DNA from: an archaeon
Lineage (GTDB): Archaea; Iainarchaeota; Iainarchaeia; Iainarchaeales; JANQMZ01
Direction of reading: 5' to 3'
Assembly: GCA_028279805.1 (NCBI GenBank)
Contig: JANQMZ010000007.1
Coordinates: 690,001-722,000, forward strand
Length of the DNA stretch: 32,000 bases
The notes beneath the pieces are model-generated. The model ran no database searches. It saw only the letters and a program-made list of their open reading frames with translations, and was not told where the DNA came from. Below, one piece after another: positions 17,151 to 24,980 of the stretch (the first letter of the stretch is position 1; the number at the start of each line of letters is the position of its first letter). Made by a program: the position numbers and the translations under genes.

Positions 17151-17697
17151 TTTCGCAAACCTCTATCGAAATTTTTCCTTTTCTCAGAATAAAAATCTGT
17201 TTTATTATTACAAATCTTTCAACAGCAATACAATCACCCTCAATGTTTTTTTCAAAAATTTTTTCAGTTTCCCCATCACCAAACTCTATTTCGACTTTTT
17301 TCACGTCAATTATGTCAATTTTTGAAAAATCTGCTTTTTTAATCAAACCATAATCAATTTTGTTTTCAATAACCCTTTTCGTGTCGCTTTTATATGCTGA
17401 AAAATCAAACTCTAAACCCGATTCCAGAGGCAAAGCAATCCTTTCATCATAAACAGCTGAGCCTTTTTCCGGACTTGTTTCATTTCTGTTTTTTATTAAA
17501 GAATCCGATAATGAAATGGCTTTTCTGTAAAAAGAAAATTCTTTAACCTCGTTTAAATTTTCGTTTGTTAAAGAATTTACAGAATATGCAAAAATGTAAA
17601 GCATCAACAGCATTATTACAACAGCAATTCCCGCATCGATTGTGAAAGAAATTCCTCTTGAATTCGTTTTACCTGTAATGGTTTTTTGAATCAACAC
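17143..17697 (-). CDS. class III signal-peptide (type IV pilin-like) protein
   Basis: ..GKTNSRGISFTIDAGIAVVIMLLMLYIF. The track ORF extends to 17757 across the upstream gene. GTG 17697 lies about 9 nt downstream of a GGAG motif and gives a short basic leader. Confidence 0.6.
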   Translation of the reverse strand: MLIQKTITGKTNSRGISFTIDAGIAVVIMLLMLYIFAYSVNSLTNENLNEVKEFSFYRKAISLSDSLIKNRNETSPEKGSAVYDERIALPLESGLEFDFSAYKSDTKRVIENKIDYGLIKKADFSKIDIIDVKKVEIEFGDGETEKIFEKNIEGDCIAVERFVIIKQIFILRKGKISIEVCENE

Positions 17698-18031
17698 GCA
17701 GTTCCACTCCTTTTTCATTCTGAATTTTTTCAATTTTTTTTGTAAGAGTTTTTGCAAAAATTTTCCTGTTTAAAGAATTAACATAAACTTTTTGCTCTTC
17801 ATCAATCATGCATCCGGCTTCAGTTTTCGCATTAATGCTGTCAATAAAAATGGTATCAATTTTAAATGCACAGGATTCGGACAGAGCTTTTGATTTAAGC
17901 CCTTCTGCACCCAGTAAAAAATTTTCCTGCCCTTTCACTACTCCAACTAAAATTATGAGAATTATAAAAACAATTATTGCAAAAGCAATAACAGCTTCAA
18001 TCACTATCTGGCCCTTTTGGTGCAACAGCAA
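17669..18031 (-). CDS. class III signal-peptide (type IV pilin-like) protein
   Basis: ..HQKGQIVIEAVIAFAIIVFIILIIL. TTG start at 18031 abuts AGGTGA (18032-18037); an alternative TTG at 18025 gives a 6-nt spacer. Confidence 0.65.
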   Translation of the reverse strand: MLLHQKGQIVIEAVIAFAIIVFIILIILVGVVKGQENFLLGAEGLKSKALSESCAFKIDTIFIDSINAKTEAGCMIDEEQKVYVNSLNRKIFAKTLTKKIEKIQNEKGVELRVDSKNHYR

Positions 18032-18572
18032 TCACCTTTTTGTTATATCCCGGGGGAAAAACAAAAATTGAGGAAACGTTTCCCGAATCAATTTTTCCCC
18101 CGACTGAAAGCTCTTTTAAAATATCTCCCGGAAAAGACACCTCGACAATATAAATGTCAACGTGCGGCACAAAAATGTTCAAAAGTTTTGAATCCACTTT
18201 CATTTTCTCTTCAATTGTTTTGCTTGATATTTTTTCATCAGTTTTTTCCATTTGTGTATAATTTATTACAGAAAAATCAATATTTTCATTTTCTTTTTTT
18301 TTAAAAAATTTAATTAATTGTTCTGAAATTTCTTTTTTTATTTTTTCAGGATTTTTTGTTTTTAAAATTTCTTTCTGAACAGTTTTTTCAATTAAATGAT
18401 CTGCGTTTTCTTCCAATGCAAATCTTTTAAGTGAAGCATTTTCTGATGATAAGGAAAATAAAAGAGAGTCATTTATTGAATTTGTGCTGAATGTTTTGCT
18501 TCCTGTAACCAAAAAGTGGGTGAATATCAGCATGGCTGCCAGTAATGTTGTCAGTAAGCCTTTTGCATTCAT
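17997..18572 (-). CDS. pilin-like or pilus-associated protein with N-terminal KG-hydrophobic segment
   Basis: MNAKGLLTTLLAAMLIFTHFLV, then a Lys/Glu-rich body. Overlaps the next gene by 35 nt. Its -15..-1 region is the 15-mer also found at 984-998. Confidence 0.55.
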   Translation of the reverse strand: MNAKGLLTTLLAAMLIFTHFLVTGSKTFSTNSINDSLLFSLSSENASLKRFALEENADHLIEKTVQKEILKTKNPEKIKKEISEQLIKFFKKKENENIDFSVINYTQMEKTDEKISSKTIEEKMKVDSKLLNIFVPHVDIYIVEVSFPGDILKELSVGGKIDSGNVSSIFVFPPGYNKKVIAVAPKGPDSD

Positions 18573-18623
18573 TCAACCAACTCTCTTTTGGAATAATGAA
18601 AGAAAAAAAATTTAATGGGTTTG

Positions 18624-18845
18624 TCAGGCGTTGATTGTAAATGTTTTTACAACTTCGCATTCTTTTTCTTCTTTTAATGCTTTTTCCACTCCTTCTTTTC
18701 CAACCCAGTAAATAGTGAAAGAGCCCAGTATTATTATCATCCAAAGCTGGAAAGGAAGGTCTAAAAGCAGTCCCTTGAATAGTCCTAAAACGGTTGAAAT
18801 AACCCCTAAAAGTTCTACCATTTTGAATTTTTTCTTTTTGTTCAT
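18624..18845 (-). CDS. small two-TM membrane protein, first gene of the minus-strand pilin-like operon
   Basis: 73 aa with two hydrophobic segments. AGGAGGT (18853-18859) lies 7 nt upstream of the ATG. Confidence 0.55.
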   Translation of the reverse strand: MNKKKKFKMVELLGVISTVLGLFKGLLLDLPFQLWMIIILGSFTIYWVGKEGVEKALKEEKECEVVKTFTINA

Positions 18846-18923
18846 AACAATTACCTCCTTTCAATTTACCACCGTAAACATTTCTCTTTACAAGATAAAA
18901 TACTTTTTTGTTAAAATGCACTC

Positions 18924-18933
18924 TATAATTATA
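18924..18933. promoter_or_regulatory. palindromic TATA-like element (TATAATTATA) in the divergent spacer, flanked by GCAC..GTGC
   Basis: Perfect 10-nt AT palindrome centred in the 142-nt spacer between the pilin-like operon (minus) and the double-Lrp gene (plus). GCAC at 18918-18921 and GTGC at 18941-18944 are inverted. Function is inferred only. Confidence 0.3.
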
Positions 18934-18987
18934 AAAAATTGTGCTATCCGTTAGTTTTTTATGTTTTATTCACCATAAGAAGTTATT

Positions 18988-19968
18988 ATGTCTCCTGAGA
19001 ATGTGCAATTAACCAATCTTGACATCAAAATTCTTAAACATGTTTCAAATAACGGCTTGCTTTACCCCAAATCAAAAATTGCAAAGGATTTGAGAATTTC
19101 AGATTCAACACTTAATTACAGGCTTAATTATTTGGAAAAAAACAGAATAATTCTTGACTGCATTTACAGGTTTAATTTTAAAAAAATAGGCTTATCTACA
19201 ATGTCCTGGCTGTTTCTTAACATCAACCAGCAGGAAACACATTACAAAAAATTAATGGAAAAAATTTTTCAAACAAAAAACGTGGTTCTCGCATTGTCAG
19301 TAACAGGACAATATGATATTGCACTAAAACTTTACACTGAAAGAATGAGTGACATTCCCAAAATTGTTTCCGATTTGAAAAAAAAATTTAAAAAAGAAAT
19401 AATTAACACGCATTCTTTTATCTGTTCCCAAACTTTTAAATTTCACCAGCTTCCTTTTAAAGAATGTGAAAAAAATATTCCTGACCGGAAAGATTTCAAA
19501 ATATTAAAATATGCTTCCCAGAATACCAAAGCATCAATTAATGAAATCTCCAAAAAAATAGGAATTCACAGGAACACTGTAAGCAAAAGATGGAACAATC
19601 TTGTTGAAAACAAAATCATCTGGAAAAAAACGCCAATAATAAATTCAAGACACTGGGATGCAATCGGAAACTCAGTCAAATGTTTTCTTTTTATAGATGT
19701 AAAATCCGGTTATGCTGAAGAAGTTGCTGAAAAGCTTTTAAAATTTGACCAAATTCATGAACTTCAGATTTTAACTGACACTCCCGATATTTTAGCTGTT
19801 ACCAGGACAAAAAATATGATGGAACACCAGTATTTGATTAACAAAATTTATTCAACTTTTGGCAGTTTGATAATGAAAACAAAATCAAACGTTATAATGG
19901 ATTATGTTCAGTCTCAAAAAAGCATTCTTGATTTAACCGAACACAATTTCAATTCTATAAAAAAATGA
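18988..19968 (+). CDS. fused tandem Lrp/AsnC-type regulator (two HTH plus RAM units in one chain)
   Basis: Unit 1: LDIKILKHVSNNGLLYPKSKIAKDLRISDSTLNYRLNYLEKNRII. Unit 2: DFKILKYASQNTKASINEISKKIGIHRNTVSKRWNNLVENKII. Each is followed by a ~70-aa RAM-like segment. Confidence 0.7.
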   Translation: MSPENVQLTNLDIKILKHVSNNGLLYPKSKIAKDLRISDSTLNYRLNYLEKNRIILDCIYRFNFKKIGLSTMSWLFLNINQQETHYKKLMEKIFQTKNVVLALSVTGQYDIALKLYTERMSDIPKIVSDLKKKFKKEIINTHSFICSQTFKFHQLPFKECEKNIPDRKDFKILKYASQNTKASINEISKKIGIHRNTVSKRWNNLVENKIIWKKTPIINSRHWDAIGNSVKCFLFIDVKSGYAEEVAEKLLKFDQIHELQILTDTPDILAVTRTKNMMEHQYLINKIYSTFGSLIMKTKSNVIMDYVQSQKSILDLTEHNFNSIKK

Positions 19969-20239
19969 AAAAAATTAAAAACAGGCCGAATAAAATTGTG
20001 GCAATATCCCTGTTGTAATAGGAAGCTAATCCTGCTATTGCCGGAATAAGAATTATTAAAGGGCCGAATGAAGGTGCTCTTCCAACAACATAAAATCCTA
20101 TGGCTATTCCAATCATTAAAATCAGAAAAAGAAAAGCCACAAATTTGCTTATCTGACCAGAGATATAGTCAAGTATTCTTTGATACCACGGATCTGTTTT
20201 GCAAGTGTGCCCAGAACCGTGTTCATGCCCGTCACTCAT
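19955..20239 (-). CDS. small membrane protein with His-rich N-terminus
   Basis: MSDGHEHGSGHTCKTD, then predicted TM segments; 94 aa. 14-nt convergent overlap with the regulator gene. Confidence 0.55.
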   Translation of the reverse strand: MSDGHEHGSGHTCKTDPWYQRILDYISGQISKFVAFLFLILMIGIAIGFYVVGRAPSFGPLIILIPAIAGLASYYNRDIATILFGLFLIFFIFL

Positions 20240-20413
20240 TATAAAGTATTATTTGTCTGTGTTTAAATAATTTTCTGGGCTTTAAAAACTCAGATATTTA
20301 TTTTTAATTGTGCTATTCCTTCATATGCCTGACAATCTTAATTCTTTTCTGCCTAAAACTGCCTGTTTTTTAACCGGTACCGCTGTTTCCCTGTTTATGG
20401 GGAGACTGATTAA

Positions 20414-20845
20414 ATGAAAAAATTTTTTTACATTTTTTTATTGCTTTTTTTGTCAGCATGTGTTCAGCCCCAGTTTGAACAAGCATTTGTTGAAAGAGTT
20501 ATTGATGGTGACACAATTTTTCTTTCCACGCAGGAAAGAGTCAGATTAATTGGAATTAATGCCCCGGAAAAAAATCAGGCATGTTTTGAAGAATCTTTTC
20601 AAATGTTAAAACTTTTGATTGAGCAAAAAAATATTTCAATGCTGCGGGATATTTCAGAAAAAGACAAATACGGCCGGCTTTTAAGATATGTTTTTGTTGA
20701 AAATGAAAACATAAACCTGATAATGGTGCAAAAAGGCTTTGCTTTTTCTTTTCCTTTTGAGCCCGATGTAAAATTTGTTGAACAATTTAATAACGCTGAA
20801 CTTGTTTCAAAAAAATCGGGAAACGGATGTTTGTGGAAAAAATAA
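20414..20845 (+). CDS. secreted thermonuclease (staphylococcal nuclease/SNase fold) lipoprotein
   Basis: Signal peptide with lipobox LLFLSAC. SNase blocks VERVIDGDTI, VRLIGINAPE, GRLLRYVF, MVQKGFA. GGGGAG lies upstream of the ATG. Confidence 0.85.
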   Translation: MKKFFYIFLLLFLSACVQPQFEQAFVERVIDGDTIFLSTQERVRLIGINAPEKNQACFEESFQMLKLLIEQKNISMLRDISEKDKYGRLLRYVFVENENINLIMVQKGFAFSFPFEPDVKFVEQFNNAELVSKKSGNGCLWKK

Positions 20846-20895
20846 AAAAAATTAAAAAAAAGAAAAAACGAGGTGGGAGCTAAGAGGGTAATTTT

Positions 20896-21084
20896 TTAGG
20901 CTATATCCAAAAGGGGTCCGGGATAAACTTTTTTCTTATATTCCATTACGCCTAATAGCTCGTAAAGGGCATTTCTAAGCTTTTTGTTTCCTCTTTGCCC
21001 TACTTCAGAGAAAAGCATTTCTTTCTGCATTTCAAGTTCTTCTAAAACCATCTGATGCATTTGATTTTTGGTTAAAAGCTTCAT
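20896..21084 (-). CDS. hypothetical small protein (62 aa)
   Basis: ORF with GGTGAT (21089-21094) 4 nt upstream of the ATG. Helical-looking sequence with no recognised motif. Confidence 0.45.
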   Translation of the reverse strand: MKLLTKNQMHQMVLEELEMQKEMLFSEVGQRGNKKLRNALYELLGVMEYKKKVYPGPLLDIA

Positions 21085-21194
21085 TTAAATCACCGTTTTT
21101 ATTATGCTTTGATTGCTTTATAAAGAACAGGATACACTTCATTTCCGTTGAGTTGGCGTGAGTTATTTTAACTATTATTGTATTACATTAAATC

Positions 21195-22322
21195 ATGTCA
21201 AATGCTTTTTCAAAATTTGTTAAGGATAACAAAATTTTCCGGGATGAACGTTACCTGTACCCTGAATTTGTTCCTGAAACATTGCCTCATCGTGATTCTG
21301 AAATTGATGAAATAGCTTTTGCATTGCAGCCTGTTTTAAAAGGAGGCAAGCCTCAGAACATTTTTGTTTCCGGTGTTTCCGGAACAGGCAAAACGGTTAC
21401 TGTTAAAAGTGTTTTAAGGCAGCTTGAAGAATTTAGTGACAGAGCCAAAAGTGTTTACTTGAATTGTTTTGAATTTAAAACCCGTTATTCAATTCTTTCA
21501 AAAATTACAAATTTTTTGGGACATCCTGTTCCGCGCAGGGGAATTGCGGCTGATGAAGTTTTTGACCAGATGCTTAACGCTTTAAAAAAAATTGATTTTA
21601 CTCCTGTAATTGTTCTGGATGAATTTGACCAGTTGATTGAAAAAGATGAAGCGTCAAAAATTTTGTATGATTTGTTAAGAGTTTCAGATTATCAAAAGTC
21701 AAGATTTGGTTTAATTATTTTGTCAAATGATTCTGAGTTAATAACAAAACTTGATTCAAGAGTTAAAAGTTCTTTAAATTCGCAGGCAATCGAATTTAAG
21801 CCTTATACTCCTCAGCAATTAAAAGATATTTTAAAGGAACGATGCAAGTATGCTTTTTTTGACAATGTTTTGGGAAAAGATGTTATTAATGTTGCTGCTG
21901 CCCATGCTGCCAAAAATAATGGTGATGCAAGAATTGCAATTGAAGCTTTGTTAAAAGCGGGGCGTTTGGCGGTGAGAGAAAATTCTCCCAAAGTTTCTGT
22001 TGAACAATTAAAAAAAGCTTTTAATTTGACGGAAACAAGGCAGCTCCAAAAATCTTTCCCTTCACTGGATTTTAATGAAAAAATTTTGCTTAAAATTTTA
22101 ACGGAAAAAGACAAAATAAATTCAGGGGATTTGTTTGAGGAGTATAAAAAAATTTCAAAAGAGCCTTTAACTGAAAGGTCTTTCAGGTCAAAAATTTCAA
22201 GGCTTGAAAAATTAAAACTTGTTAAAACAATGCCTGTTGAAAAAGGAATTCATGGTAAAACAAGAAAAATAAGCCTTTTTATTGAGAAAAAAGAGCTTTT
22301 GCAGAAGCTTGAACAGGCTTAA
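21195..22322 (+). CDS. cdc6: Orc1/Cdc6 replication initiator
   Basis: Walker A VSGVSGTGKT, Walker B VLDEFD, GDARIAIE sensor and C-terminal winged-helix region; 375 aa. No SD; an AT-rich TATA-like stretch ~25 nt upstream suggests a leaderless mRNA. Confidence 0.93.
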   Translation: MSNAFSKFVKDNKIFRDERYLYPEFVPETLPHRDSEIDEIAFALQPVLKGGKPQNIFVSGVSGTGKTVTVKSVLRQLEEFSDRAKSVYLNCFEFKTRYSILSKITNFLGHPVPRRGIAADEVFDQMLNALKKIDFTPVIVLDEFDQLIEKDEASKILYDLLRVSDYQKSRFGLIILSNDSELITKLDSRVKSSLNSQAIEFKPYTPQQLKDILKERCKYAFFDNVLGKDVINVAAAHAAKNNGDARIAIEALLKAGRLAVRENSPKVSVEQLKKAFNLTETRQLQKSFPSLDFNEKILLKILTEKDKINSGDLFEEYKKISKEPLTERSFRSKISRLEKLKLVKTMPVEKGIHGKTRKISLFIEKKELLQKLEQA

Positions 22323-22337
22323 GAATTTTAAAATTTT

Positions 22338-23522
22338 TTAATTTTTCAGATTAATTTTCACAATATCATTATTTTGCAGTGCCGATTCTTTTCCGAGTTT
22401 TTGATTTGTTTTACAGTTAACTGCCGAAATAAACCTGTTGCCAAAATCTGAGTGAATTTTAAAAGCCAAATCCAGTGCGTTTGAATTTTTTTTAATAAGG
22501 TAGGAATCAGGCAAAACATTTCCTTTCCCTGAAACCCATTTGTTTGCATCCTGTACAGGATAAACAATAATCATGTCAAGCAGTTCAAAAACAGTTTTGT
22601 TTAAAATTTTCTGAACTCCTGTCCCGTTAAATTTTTTTAAAACATTTTCTCTGATAAAATTTAAACCTTGTTCCTGTTTTTTGTCCATTTGTTTTAAATT
22701 TTGAAAATCGTTTTCTCCTGAAACATATTTTATTAATCCTTTCTCATGAGCTCTTTTTAATGCAAGTTCTGATTCGGATGAACATTCGATGAATTGTTTT
22801 TCCGGAAATTTTTTCTGCAATTGTTTAAAATTTTTTTCAGCTTCATTTAAATCAATTTTATTGCATGCATAAATAACCGGTTTTGATTTTTTTACTAATT
22901 CTGTTACAAATTTTAACAAATCTTCATCTTTCCAGTTTTTTGTATTGTCAAAATTGTTTTCTGTTAAAACTGTTTTAACATGTTTTTCGGTTATTCCCAG
23001 TCCGCTTAAATTTTCTGCTAAAATTTTTTCAGGTTTTTTTGAAACTCCTGCTGTTTTTGAAATTTTATCCCAGTTTTTTTCCAAAATTCCTTTTAACCAG
23101 TAATTAATTTCTTTTTCCAGAAACAAAACCTGTTCTTCCGGGTTTTTGTTATTCGGATTAGTGTTTCCTTCAACATCTGTCTGCCCTGAAACATCAATTA
23201 CCTGAATTAATGCTTTTGAAATCATTATTTCGCTTAAAAATTTGTTGCCTAATCCTTTTCCCTGCCATGCATCCGGAACCAGGCCTGCAACATCCCACAA
23301 TTTTACCGCAGTAAACCTGTTGCCGTTAATGCAGTAACCTGTTTGAGGCTGGCATTCCGTTTTTAAATCAGTATGAGGGCAGCTTGTTTTAACAAAAGCA
23401 GTGCCCTGATTTGCTTTTATTGTCACAAAAGGCCTGTTGCCTGTTTCAGCGTTTTGCATTGTAGCAGCATTAAAAAAAGTGCTTTTTCCTGTGTTTGGAG
23501 AACCAACCAAGCCAATTTCCAT
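22338..23522 (-). CDS. Obg/YchF-related GTPase with C-terminal TGS-like domain (archaeal PH0525-type)
   Basis: G1 GLVGSPNTGKSTFFNA, G3 DVAGLV, G4 CNKIDL; 394 aa. Confidence 0.85.
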   Translation of the reverse strand: MEIGLVGSPNTGKSTFFNAATMQNAETGNRPFVTIKANQGTAFVKTSCPHTDLKTECQPQTGYCINGNRFTAVKLWDVAGLVPDAWQGKGLGNKFLSEIMISKALIQVIDVSGQTDVEGNTNPNNKNPEEQVLFLEKEINYWLKGILEKNWDKISKTAGVSKKPEKILAENLSGLGITEKHVKTVLTENNFDNTKNWKDEDLLKFVTELVKKSKPVIYACNKIDLNEAEKNFKQLQKKFPEKQFIECSSESELALKRAHEKGLIKYVSGENDFQNLKQMDKKQEQGLNFIRENVLKKFNGTGVQKILNKTVFELLDMIIVYPVQDANKWVSGKGNVLPDSYLIKKNSNALDLAFKIHSDFGNRFISAVNCKTNQKLGKESALQNNDIVKINLKN

Positions 23523-23576
23523 GATTTGAATTTTAATTCAAAAGTGCTTTTAACTCTTTTCAAGCTTTTTTTTAAT

Positions 23577-24980
23577 ATGGATGCAGAGTTATTCACGGAT
23601 AGATTTTTTCCCAAGAATTTTGAACAATTTATAGGCAATTCGGATATTGTTCAAAAAGCACAAAAATGGGCAGAACAATGGAATGAAAACAAAAAACAAA
23701 AACCATTATTTTTCCACGGAGTTCCCGGAAACGGAAAAACAGCGTTGGCATTGCTGTTGGCAGAGCAAAACAACTGGGATGTTTTTGAATTAAACGCATC
23801 TGATTTGCGTTCAAAAGATGTTATTGAAAAACTTGTCAGTGCAGCTTCCCAGTCTTCAAGTTTTTCAGGCAAAAAAAGATTAATTTTGCTGGATGAAATT
23901 GACGGTTTGCAAAAACAGGATAAAGGCGGGGCACAAGCTGTGTTAAAAATTTTAAAAGAATCAAATAACCCTGTTATTTTAACAGCCAATGATGTGTATG
24001 CAAATCAAAATCTTGCAATGCTTCGTGCAAATTCTGAGTTATTGCATTTTAAAAAAATTAATTATTTGTCAGTTGCAAAAAGATTAAGGGAATTGTGCAG
24101 AGAATTAAATGTTGAATTTGAGGATGAAGCAGTGAAAGAATTGGCTCAAAATTCTTCAGGGGATATGAGGGCGGCATTGTTTGATTTGCAGACTCTTTCC
24201 TCAAAAAAAATAACAATGCAGTCTTTAAATGATTTGGGTGCAAGGGAAAGAAATGAAAACATTTTCAAAACAATTCAGCAAATTTTCAGGGCTAAAAATT
24301 TTAAGCAAGTTCAACAAGCCCGCTTTAAATCTGAAGTTGATTTGGATATGCTTGAACGCTGGATTGAAGAAAATATTCCCCGTGAATTTAATTCAAAGGA
24401 TACCGCATTAGCCTTTGATGTTTTTTCAAAAGCTGATGTTTTAAACGGCCGGGTTTTCAGGCACCAGTATTACGGTTTCAAAAGATATTCTTCAGAGTTA
24501 ATGACTTCAGGCGTTTCATTAATACGTGAAAACGATTATCATGGCTGGGCAAAATATCAGTTTCCCCAGATTATCAAAAAACTTGGTTCAGCCAAACCTG
24601 TCAGAACTTTGAAGAAAAATATTTGCACAAAAATAGGAAAACAAATCCATTCATCCTCAAAACAGGTTTTAACGAACGAATTGCCTGTTTTAATTGAATT
24701 TTTTAAGGATAAGGAAAAAGCCGCTTTGCTGTCCGCCCAGTTTGATTTTTCTTTACAGGAAATTGCTTTTTTAATGCAGTCAAAGCCTGACACCAAAAAA
24801 GTTCAAACAGTTTTTGAAAATTCCCAGAAAATAAGGGAGAAAAAAATTTCAGAGCAAAGAATTCAAAAAAAAGAACACGTGCCTTTAACAAAAACAGTTA
24901 AAACAAAAAAATCAGAAAACTCTGAGCAAAAAAAATCCAAAAAAAGTTCAAATGATTCAAATCAGACAAAATTGTTTTAA
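23577..24980 (+). CDS. rfcL: replication factor C large subunit
   Basis: FFHGVPGNGKTALA (Walker A), LLDEIDG, SGDMRAAL; Lys-rich tail ending QTKLF. The track ORF start at 23373 is an antisense run-in over the GTPase gene; ATG 23577 (MDAELFTDRFFPKNF) is the sensible start. Confidence 0.85.
   Translation: MDAELFTDRFFPKNFEQFIGNSDIVQKAQKWAEQWNENKKQKPLFFHGVPGNGKTALALLLAEQNNWDVFELNASDLRSKDVIEKLVSAASQSSSFSGKKRLILLDEIDGLQKQDKGGAQAVLKILKESNNPVILTANDVYANQNLAMLRANSELLHFKKINYLSVAKRLRELCRELNVEFEDEAVKELAQNSSGDMRAALFDLQTLSSKKITMQSLNDLGARERNENIFKTIQQIFRAKNFKQVQQARFKSEVDLDMLERWIEENIPREFNSKDTALAFDVFSKADVLNGRVFRHQYYGFKRYSSELMTSGVSLIRENDYHGWAKYQFPQIIKKLGSAKPVRTLKKNICTKIGKQIHSSSKQVLTNELPVLIEFFKDKEKAALLSAQFDFSLQEIAFLMQSKPDTKKVQTVFENSQKIREKKISEQRIQKKEHVPLTKTVKTKKSENSEQKKSKKSSNDSNQTKLF

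Noticed and set aside
23526-23541. TTGAATT-tt-AATTCAA palindrome in the GTPase/RFC-L divergent spacer
   Set aside because: A short all-AT-type palindrome in an AT-rich 54-nt promoter region is not distinguishable from chance or from overlapping TATA elements.
23373-23576. 68-codon N-terminal extension of the RFC-L ORF in the track
   Set aside because: The extension runs antisense across the GTPase gene start and encodes Cys-rich nonsense. The conserved RFC-L N-terminus begins at ATG 23577.
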